Source: Perkinsus chesapeaki ATCC PRA-425 (Eukaryota; Protista; Perkinsozoa). Taken from it: a stretch of 64,000 bases of DNA. Positions 36,257-46,277 of this stretch are shown here, one piece after another. Position 1 is the stretch's first letter. Every line of letters starts with the position of its first letter. The position numbers and the translations under genes were made by a program. The stretch is from positions 32,577 to 96,576 of the forward strand of contig JAAPAO010000062.1 of assembly GCA_013115145.1 (NCBI GenBank). Reading direction: 5' to 3'. The notes under the pieces are model-generated. The model saw only the letters and a list, made by a program, of their open reading frames with translations. It did no database searches and was not told where the DNA came from.

Positions 36257-37675
36257 TCAGAAGACCCTCCAAAGCCTTACTGCTTTGGGATTCATCGTAA
36301 TTCCTTTAATAAAAAGGCCTTTAACCAGCACACTGGCCGTTGTCGCCATCATTGCCAAACCTGTAGTGTCCTCCACTACACTTTCGAAAATTGATGATGT
36401 TGGCTCCGCCGCCGCCACCGCTGCCGCCGCCAGCCGTGGAGCATCTGCTATCTGAGAGAACAACAGGGAGTAATAATCCTGACACAAATACTTACGAGTT
36501 GTTATGATAACTAATCGTTACTTCATAAAATCGTTGCTAGCGTATCCTCAAAAAATAAAAAATACGAATTATTCTATTTTATTGCGTCGAGCTGTATACT
36601 GTACACACATCCTTCACAGGAGATGATGACGCTCCCATTGAGCAGCAGGTAGCAGCACGTAGCAAATGCAAGTGGAGAGTAAATGAGGAGAAGTGAACAA
36701 ACAATTAGACAGGGTTTGGTAACAAAAGGGTGTGTTGCTGTACTTGGCTCTCTCACAATTTACGATTCTCACAGGGTGCTATTGATAACATACCAATACA
36801 TCGTTTAGAATGATATTGATAAGCGTCCAAGAAGTCAACTGTCACAGTTTCACCGGCATAGCGCCACTCACCTCCTCCGGTTCAGGTTCCGACTCTCCTC
36901 CCTCTCCACCATCCACTTTCAATCCACAATCTGCTCCATCAATATCCATCTCCAACACTCTCTCTCCCACCTAGGAAATCCAGACACGTGCCTCTCCTCG
37001 GCATCTTCATCATCGCTGGGCACCCAACAGACCGGGCGCTGCGGTACAAATTCACCGTCCGTACTGCCAGTTTGGTTTGTTTCTGATCACAAAGCAGGCA
37101 ACCAAGTTCCTTTATCACAGAGACGAAATGAGACAGATGCCCCAGTCGCGGAACCCGCAACGAATCGATTTGCTATAAGGTGCATGAAGGCTATCTCATG
37201 TACTCTCCAAGTCGACATACAAAACATTCGGGGCAGATGGTCATGGTAGATCTTCATGAATACAACCAACTTCTTGGATCGAGCAGCTCTCGGCGATTGC
37301 GGGAAAAACTACCATTGTGGAGTATCAATAGGAAAAGCAATTGCCACCAACTTTGCTTTATTAACCGATCCGCACTACTACATGCCTCCTACTCTACTAC
37401 GATGAGGAACGAGGACAATTGAGACGAGGAGATTTCACCTAATCTGGGAGCAGGTCGAATTCTTGCCAACTTCGCAAGAATCCATCTGCCATGTCTACTT
37501 TCGGAGGGCTGAGGAAAATACTAATACGGCGGCGCCGGCGGCGGCACTGCAAATTAAAATTTCGAAGCAGTCCGGGCAGAACGTATCCGATCATCCTCAC
37601 CTGCTCCTTCTCCTTGCTCCCCATCAACTCTGTCCATCGACTACTGGAGAGGACACTTGACAGCATCATCATCAT
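36257..37675 (-). CDS. Hypothetical multi-exon protein
   Basis: Several short exons flanked by GT/AG on the minus strand (e.g. MMMMLSSVLSSSRWTELMGSKEKEQ|, QIDSLRVPRLGHLSHF); no family recognised. Confidence 0.3.
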
Positions 37676-38318
37676 GCATTCGAAGATGAATTGATGAACA
37701 ATAATACTACAAAGACCATATGGTCAATTATATAAGCAATACCATAAAATTAATTATAAATATATTTATATTGAGGTGTACCGGTGAAGATAATAAGATA
37801 TAATAAATAAGAACCTCCGACGCTTGCCACTAGTCATATGAGCTACCCCTAGTCTATAATCCGGAGTCAGTCAACAACCGAGTGAAGTAGCAGGAAAAAG
37901 CGAAAGCAGGAATTGCACTGCAGTTCCCCTTTTTTCTGTGCAATAGTGCGATTTGCACTAGTATCGGAGGCCATCTCCGCCTATCAGAAATCTTGCAAAA
38001 TGCACAAACTTCCTATGGAAAGTGTTGTATAGAATCCCCGCATATTTTTCCATCTCTCCCTAAAGTAGTCTCGAGAAAGCTCGCCGGCAACTGAATATTG
38101 CAAAGACACTCTTAATGATCCATTATCACCCAAACTGTATTTCCTATAGTTCCCTCCAATTTCTAATTGACCGACTCAACACAAGACCAGTGCCTTGCTC
38201 AGAAACTACCAAAAGGCGAGGCGCACAGTCCTCGCGGAAAATTGCTTAAAATCAAACCTGTCTTATGCCACATGTGGTCTTTATTGGCCGCCATTCATCA
38301 CCTAAACTGCAATGTAAA

Positions 38319-39210
38319 TCACAGTGACCGGAGTAATGGCAATACTACATAGTATGCAACCAGAGCCACACCGGCGATCAAAATAACAGGGAGAACTCCA
38401 ACGCCAATCACACCGCCGCTGGATTCAAGCTCCGAGTTCATCGGGATCCCTTTAGACTAACAGGGAGAACACCATGCTTGTTATGCGAAAGGTCCCCGGT
38501 TCGATTCCCAGTACATCTTCATATCCTTCTAAAACTCCTATCCTGTGAGCCCTGGCCTGCTTCCTAGCTTCATCAGAATGACCGATCTCCTCAAAATCAT
38601 CAGTGACATTACCACCGCTAATTGTAGTAATAACCTGCCAACCTTAAACTGCACAATCAAACACATTGCGGAATAATGGACGTGCCAAACAACTAGCGAG
38701 AGCTGCCCAAGCGATAAAGTATAGTACGTACTCGTTAAACCAATAAGCGACGCTGAGTGCTGGATATTATAAAATTAATTCAATGATAAACTACAGTACA
38801 GATAGCAACTTCTTCGTTTTATGAGTATAGTACTTGGCGCCCCCCATCAAACTTATAACCAATACTCCTACCAATGTATACAACGCGAGTACAATTTGTA
38901 TTTAATTTGTAATCCGATTAGTAACAAACAAAATTCACTGTATATACGGAAGTATATACGTGTATATACGGACAAGTATATCGTACTGTAAAAAACCTCT
39001 AACCACTTCCCCGTTTGTTACCATCCTTATTACCTCAGGTCCACCAGGATGGCTCTCCACGAATTCAGTGACATCATACACAGATCCGTGCACCACAATC
39101 CAACAGTTATCACTTTTATTATGGGCCTCGACCTCAGCCTTGGTGTACACCTTCACGGACTCCTTAGGCGGCGTATCCTTAGGAACACTGTTGGTTGCGG
39201 CGGCGGCCAT
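38319..39210 (-). CDS. CYB5: Tail-anchored cytochrome b5; exons 39210-39034, 38634-38515, 38456-38319
   Basis: YTKAEVEAHNKSDNCWIVVHGSVYDVTEFVESHPGGPE|VITTISGGNVTDDFEEIGHSDEARK: both heme ligands present (HPGG, GHS). The last exon encodes a C-terminal TM anchor. Confidence 0.92.
38457..38521 (+). pseudogene. Decayed tRNA-Ala-like sequence forming the last cytochrome b5 intron (antisense)
   Basis: CAGGGAGAACACCATGCTTGTTATGCGAAAGGTCCCCGGTTCGATTCCCAGTACATCTTCA aligns along its length with the D-loop-to-3' part of eukaryotic tRNA-Ala as recalled (CAGTGGTAGAGCGCATGCTT...ATGCGAGAGGTCCCGGGTTCGATCCCCGGCATCTCCA). Confidence 0.7.
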
Positions 39211-39280
39211 TACTCGAATAAAAGTCACTGCGCCACAAAAACAATCAACCATCCCCACTCGACGCTATTGTATTGCAGAA

Positions 39281-39331
39281 AGCTAGCGCACTAGGGAGCG
39301 AAGCACCCAGGTTCGACTCCCGCGCGAGGCA
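39281..39331 (+). pseudogene. Decayed tRNA-Pro-like fragment between cytochrome b5 and hydroxylase A
   Basis: CGCACTAGGGAGCGAAGCACCCAGGTTCGACTCCCGCGCGAGGC resembles the 3' two-thirds of tRNA-Pro(AGG) with a B-box; stems are broken. Confidence 0.5.
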
Positions 39332-39393
39332 TTTAGCGGTGAACAGGACATGGATGCTTTACGCAATAATACTGAGTAGCAATAAAAAGTTCT

Positions 39394-42117
39394 TTAATCG
39401 CAATAACGATGGCCCACTCCTGCCGAGCCTTTTGATTCTCGAATCGCCCGCAGCTCGTCCAGGTGAGCGCGCCACATACCATCGGTGCCTGTTCCGATCA
39501 GCAAACTGGCGCAGGTTCGATTCCCGGTCCTACCATGTATTCGGTCGAGAAATCCAAGATTTCCGTAATTCACATGGAATTTTTCATGGTGAAAGTCATG
39601 GAAATCCGGCTGATGATCAAACCACATCAACCAGGGCCACCTACAAGAACGCCACCCATCCGACAGACTCGGGCAGCATCAGCATCAGCAGCAGCAGCCT
39701 CGTCGCCCCTCTGTGCACCTTATTCCACTGTGATGTCCCTCTGTACCCAATACCGCGTAGACGGACCACAACAAAAAGGTAGCTGAAATGTTACAATAGA
39801 ATAACAGCACTTCTGAATTCATGCATGCTCGAATAGTGTCCAAAGCAACCCTGATCCGAACGCGCGGTTACGATATGCAGTTCGGCCATATCAATTAAGA
39901 TGATGACGTTCAACCCTATTTCCCCGAGACAAAATAGACGACCTTCCCGAATATTATTATTACAGCAATGTGATCCGAGACAGAAGGCACCTGCTCCGAG
40001 AGGGAGAAAGTCAGAGAGCAATAATTCCACTGGATGACAGTACCTGAACGCAGCAAATTACAATGAGCAACGCACCTATAATCGTTCGTCAATTCGTAAT
40101 AATTTACCCATGTTAAAACGCCCGGTATTACAGTGAGGCAAATGCATTTGGGGCTGGATATTCATGGTGCACCTTGTGTATCTTCTTATAAAGATAAGGG
40201 CTTGCATGGAATAACCAATGACCGTAGAAGAATAAGAACTCGTTTACAAGGATAAAGTAGCTAACAATAAGACAACAACCGGCAAGGCATACTTCCAGAT
40301 AGTACAACAACCAAAAAGAGGAGATTCGTAATAATACTATATTTCGACCGATAGTACAGCCCGAATCAGCTACTAGATTCACCATTCTAGATAGATTCTC
40401 GCGCATGTCCTCCACCACAACACACTGGCAGAGACATCTGACTTCTTTTCTAATTTCATACTCGGGCAAATTTCGGCAAGTTCGGTAATTGGGCTCAAAC
40501 TACGAGATGTACTGCCTTAACATCCCCCTCGTCAGCATCTTGACTATTCCCCACCAGCAGCAGATCCTCCTCCTCCTCCTCTTCCCTTTACTACATCATA
40601 TGACATACTATCTCCAATTTCGAAGGTAACCTATAGGGGTCCATGTCCACATAAAGTCCCCATCTGTCTCGGTGCTGTTGTACATAATAACATAGCATAC
40701 CGATTAAGGGTACTAGAAGCCCGGTGTTGAAGGCGCACACTCGTAACAATCTGACAAACCTCCAGATTCAATCTCCACGGTAATATCCTTATACCTATGA
40801 AATCTCGGATCACTTGGCAAAACTCGTCTCTTGGGCTGCAGCTTCCTATCTTTGGCTGGCCAAACGTTAAAGTACTCAATAATGTACATCGCTGATGAGC
40901 TCAGCCAATACGTACAAAAGATAGTGTAGGGCACAACCAACACCTGAGGCACACGGTGACTCAGTCGTCAAGTTGTGCCTCCTACTAAAGTTGTGGTATT
41001 CATAATAGGGGAGGGATTTGTGAGGAAGGAACGATTTAGATGTCTGGTACGGATGATTTTATATCGGATACATAGATAGATCGGATAGAACGGATGATTT
41101 TAGAAATCTCCAGGAGACGGTTTCAACGTAGAAGACATATCTAGCCGAGGGACTAAAAGTTTCCGGGTAAAACTTGTAAAATGTGGGACCCAGAATTCTA
41201 AATTTCACAAATTTTCTTATCAGAATTGTTTCTGTATTCCCGACAGAAACAGTTTTCGAGCCCAATAAAATTCACGGCCATAATAATATACAGTCATATC
41301 AATTGCTCCATGCCGCTGAGAATTGAGAGAACGTTCAATACAATGTTCAGTTTCATAACAAATGAGAAATTAACGATCCCAGCGCCGCCCAATCTGTATC
41401 ACCATGAACGTCCACTCGTCGAAGGTATCCACCAAAGCCTTTACGGCTGAGCTATATACCTGCCAAAAGGGAAAACACTCGTCAAACGAGGCCCAATGGC
41501 CATCACCGCCTTCTCCACGACACGCGGTAGGCTACATATGGGAACATCTATGAAGATTTCGGCAAGTCCTCACACTACAGGTATCGGAGCTCAGCTGAGG
41601 AAGCCAGAAGACTCTCTGGCGCCACTCTAACCAGTTCACGTCATAGAGAGTTCATACCAATCGATATGGCCCCAATAAAGAGACGTAAAAAGCGGCGGAA
41701 CCTCCCTCCTACATGGGTTGGTATCAATGCTAAAATAGCAGCGGCTGCCACTACTAGTGGTCCTGGTAGTGGTGTTTCAGCAAGTAATAGAAATAATAAT
41801 ATACAGCCCAGCACATCTCCCCACATCCTTCCAGTGGTCCTACGCAACACATTACATATCTCCAATGCTCAATAACCTCACCCGCGACCGTTGAAATCAA
41901 GCCCAGCAGTATTAGCCATCCACCGCAGAATTCCCGGGCCCAAATAGAGCAACGATAAGTACGCCACGAAAGGTAATAGCATTCCTGCAGTCCGGCGTAA
42001 GGTATCCTGTTCATCCCTCTTCCCAGCCTGCACCGTGCCGGCACCCTTCAGATCTTTCCCACGTGCCCACAAGACACGATGATGACCCAGTCCGAGGCTT
42101 TTAGAAAAGACATCCAT
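39394..42117 (-). CDS. Fatty acid hydroxylase / sterol C4-methyl oxidase superfamily (FAXDC2/ERG25-like), paralog A, multi-exon
   Basis: His boxes FFYGHWLFH, HKVHHEYPAP, EGHHSG, HDFHHEKFHVNYGNLGFLDRIHG|TD. The start at 42117 is tentative. Confidence 0.88.
39489..39533 (+). pseudogene. tRNA T-arm/acceptor-like relic forming most of the last intron of hydroxylase A (antisense)
   Basis: Plus strand GCAGGTTCGATTCCCGGTCCTACCA is a B-box plus tRNA-like 3' end; the intron reads GTAGGACCGGGAATCGAACC...GAACAG. Confidence 0.55.
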
Positions 42118-42327
42118 AACCGCAATCAATCGGACCACACTAAAATCACCGTCGAATTAATAACACTACAGAGTATCAGTTTACCGAGACGAAGGAAAAT
42201 AGCAGATATCACTGAACGGGTTTACACCCAAACTGGCGGAGGCAATTCCTACAGGATTGGTATATGGTATGAGTCCGACAGTATCGGACCTTAGAACAAA
42301 TTAAATGCGATTGCAACTCGGTCTTTT

Positions 42328-44699
42328 TCACTCGATAAATTGGTTTTGCAACTCGGCCGCCTTCTTTCCCTTAAGAGCGCGTACACGATGCAATTCCTTC
42401 TGATGCTCTCTCCATAATTTGTCGGTACCTTGAAAATATCTTCAAAGATACCAATCTGCGCACTGTGAAGATTTTACCATGGATGGTATCGAGAAAACCT
42501 AGATTTCCGTAATTAGTGATGAACTTCTCGTGGTGGAAATCGTGAAAGTTGGGCTGATGGTCAATCGAAATTGTCCACGGCCACCTGAAAACTCATTAGG
42601 GCGTTCATACCACACTTCCCTCAAATATAACCTGTATCCACTGTGATGTGTCATTGTTGCCAGTACGGCGAAGAAACACCAAAGTAACAGGGTGGCTGAG
42701 AAAAGAGAAAATAAAGGCAATTCCTTTAATAATATAACAATAAAGGGAATATAAAGGCAATTCCTTTAATAATATAACAATAAAGGGAATATAAAGGCAA
42801 TTCCTTTAATAATATAACAATAAAGGGAATATAAAGGCAATTCCTNNNNNNNNNNNNNNNNNNNNNNNNNNNNNNNNNNNNNNNNNNNNNNNNNNNNNNN
42901 NNNNNNNNNNNNNNNNNNNNNNNNNNNNNNNNNNNNNNNNNNNAAACAATAAAGGGAATATAAAGGCAATTCCTTTAATAATATAACAATAAAGGGAATA
43001 TAAAGGCAATTCCTTTAGTAATATAACAATAAAGGGAATATAAAGGCAATTCCTTTAATGATATAACAATAGAGGGAATATAAAGGCAATTCTTAGTTTG
43101 CACACAAGAAGTGTCCCAAGCAACTTACAACAAGATGAATTGATGCAAAATGCACCAGCGCCCAGTGGGAGGAAATCGGCAATGTAAAGCTCGGCTGGAT
43201 GACAGTAACTAAATGAGATTTACTCCGAAGAGTTGGCCGCAACCATCTGATCAACTTACAGCGCAGCCAAACCGTTAGGGAAAGGGAACTCGTGATGGAC
43301 TTTATGAATGTGACGATAGCACCACGAACTGGCGTGGAAGAGCCAATGGCCGTAGAAGAATATGAACTCGTTTACTAGGATGTAGTAACTGAAAATGGTG
43401 ACATGTGTTCGGACATCCTTCCCCGAGGGAGACTCGATTGATAGGGTCATTTGCGCAGATATTATGGAGTAGTCGGGAAAATGCCCCTTCCAATGGGAGG
43501 GAAATAATAAGGATTCCACCACACGAGCTGCTGCGGTGTGACCGGAAATATAGAGGGATTTTACATAGTATCGGGATACGCAATTACTATATTAATATTA
43601 CGGGTATAGAACTAACAATCGAAAGCACTTTAGTGTTAAGAATATCTTACACAAAGTGCAGGGCCATTTCAAGCTTAGATACTCTTCGATCGGGGTCCAT
43701 ATCGACATAAATGCCATACTCGGGATGCAGCTGGAATGGATAAGTGCTAAGAGCGATGAATGGCACTAGGATCCAGGTATTAATGAACACTTTCTTCAGC
43801 AATCTGATAAAGATACTAAATAGGTTAACTTGGGTACCCTCTTCTTACTTATGGAACTCTGTAGTGCCCCATTGTATTTGTCTTTTACTTTGTATTTTAT
43901 GTCCTTTGCATGGCCACAAATCGTAATGACTGCAGGTTTCCATAACTAAGCCGTTCAACCAGCATGTGGTGTTAATTATAAGAGGAATCACCACCAACTG
44001 AGAAAGCATCATAGTGGCGAATGAAAATCAACATCATAATCATCAATCCAAATAGAGTAAGCTTTAGTATATAGAACTTACTATCTCTATTTTGGTCAAC
44101 ACGAAGTGACCTCGAACGAATCTTTTCGTTTAAGCAAAGATACCATAGACTAGAACGCTGAAACCAGTTCCCCGTAGAACTTACCAGAGTGAAAAGTTGG
44201 CTGTGCTCGCTGAGATATGTATGGAAATAGTCATAATAGGCCTGACAGAGTAGTACCGACTTTTCCAAAATAATCCTTGAAAAGGAGGGTATACCTCTGC
44301 TGGTATCATAGTGAATAACAGAGCAAAGGCCACTACTGCAGGACTGGCCATTGGTGTCACACAGAGCATTACGAAGAAAAATATGGTACCGAATTTCTCC
44401 AGCCAAGGGTAGTTAATTGTCCTGAGGAAAAGACCATATAAATGGAATCGGAGGCAGCACTTCTACCCGTCGGGAAGGGTCTTGATCCCGGCCCAATTCG
44501 CAAAGGAACGAACCCATTTGGGAGAGTAATAGAGGAACATTAAAAAGGTCATCATTGGCACCACACAGCGTAGAGTCTCAAGCACTTTAGATTGAAAGGT
44601 GCGAGAGCTACGATGGGAAGAAGGAGCTTTCACCGTAGTGGAGCTGCTGCTTTCGACCTCTACGTGTTGGGGAACGGTTGCTGTTAATGGTTTGGCCAT
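42328..44699 (-). CDS. Fatty acid hydroxylase / sterol C4-methyl oxidase superfamily, paralog B, multi-exon
   Basis: FFYGHWLFHASSWCYRHIHKVHHEFPFP, YCHPAEL, MTHHSGYR, HDFHHEKFITNYGNLGFLDTIHG|TDKLW; several intron positions are shared with paralog A. Confidence 0.88.
42711..43093. repeat. 40-bp AT-rich minisatellite in an intron of hydroxylase B, interrupted by an assembly gap
   Basis: Unit TTCCTTTAATAATATAACAATAAAGGGAATATAAAGGCAA repeated head-to-tail on both sides of the N run. Confidence 0.95.
42846..42943. other. Assembly gap (98 N)
   Basis: Run of N inside the tandem repeat; the true array length is unknown. Confidence 1.
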
Positions 44700-46205
44700 A
44701 GAAGTTATAACTAGAAGGAATCTTGAGGTTCACCACGGACTTGCCACACGAACACTGCTACAAGAATTTGTCTAATTGTTGGCAACTCGAAACTCTCGCG
44801 CTCGCCCTGTGACAAAATTGTCACTTGTCTCTGCCCCGAAAGGACTTGACTTCCGCAGTTAATGCTGAATGGGTAAGCTATTCAACGCTGAACTCAGACG
44901 TTATAATTTCAGTCAAAATGTTGGTGCTAGGTCATCTTTGACTTCGCTTCGAGTTTAAATGATTTTCGCTAGTGTTGGAGAGTTCGATTGGGATTCCGAA
45001 AATCGTCGGGTTGTATCTGTGGTAATTTCAGCTTCGTTCCTATTCCTCGACACACTGCACTGAAGGCTGTCAGTTAGGTAATCACCACCCAGGAGAGATT
45101 GCAAGTGCAGCTCGTTGTGTTCATATACCGCGGGTCGGTTATGATTGTGCTGAAGTAATTCGAAGAAGGCAGGAAACAGTTCCTGGGTGTTTCAAAAATA
45201 TACATTTTGTGTAACTTTCATGAGCAAATATTTCTACACAGGTGGTGCAGCGGCAAAGACGTAGGTAATGGAGGTACAGTGTTGGCAACCGAGCGTTCGG
45301 ATAAATCAAATGAGATGTGGCACAGATACAGACTCGGCACTCTCGAACACCCTCCACCACGAACCCTCTGCTGTTAGTGCTGCTGCACAGTTCCTCATGT
45401 CGCGCCATCCTTTATGTTTATTCTTGTATAGTTCTGGTTCGTATAAAGTAATATGTAGAGCCCCGCGGCATAGCACTTCCCACGGATAACGTCATTAGTC
45501 GCCGTGAAGCGTCGTGCACTTCCATCGTAATAGAGATGACAGAAAACGAATAGATTCGAGTGAGAATTCATGAAGAGGAGCCTCGGGAGATGCATGCCAG
45601 CGTTTTGTGCTTTTCGGCAGGCGGAGCGGAGAGACTCAGGTGGGTGTTCAAGTTGGGCACTTGGTGATCTACAAACCGGGGTGGCCGTTCCCTGGAGGGG
45701 AGCCGTGGAAGAAAAATTATGTCACGTCAGATTCATGCTGACTTCATGCTACTGAGGTGCAGACGGTTGTAACATATTTTACAGCTCAACAACAATATAC
45801 GGCAAATTTCCCCTACGAAGGACAGGGACGTGTTAGCCGTCGCGCTGAACGCCTTCTGATAGACGTTATCGTGGAATAGTCGTCGGAAGCAATACCACAG
45901 CAGCAGCAGCTGCGGAGCTGGTACCACGCGCAGCTGGCAGCAGCTGCGCGTGTTCTAGCTCCGCTAGCTGAGGCCAGTCCTGTAGGACTCTAGCGCCGCC
46001 TGGCGCCCTCAACTCAATTGAATCTTCACATGGGGCCCTTGCGAGATCAAGTTCGTGCCTGGCTCACACCGTGGTATAAGGCAAGGTTACACGTGCCATG
46101 CCTGCAGAAGGTAGACGACACATGCAAGCATACGGAAAGTTGGCTGAAGAGTGTTGGAGCATCTGCTAAATAGGCGATGAGTTTCTGGAATCTTGTAGCA
46201 TATCT

Positions 46206-46277
46206 GGCTGTTTGGTCTAGAGGTTAAGATTCTGCCTTTGGGCGGTAGAGGCCTGGGTTCGACTCCCAGAACAGCCA
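46206..46277 (+). tRNA. tRNA-Pro(TGG)
   Basis: GGCTGTTTGGTCTAGAGGTTAAGATTCTGCCTTTGGGCGGTAGAGGCCTGGGTTCGACTCCCAGAACAGCCA is a full cloverleaf with loop TTTGGGC. Confidence 0.93.

Noticed and set aside
42711-43093. Regular repeats as a CRISPR array
   Set aside because: The units are head-to-tail with no unique spacers, in a eukaryotic intron, with no cas genes.
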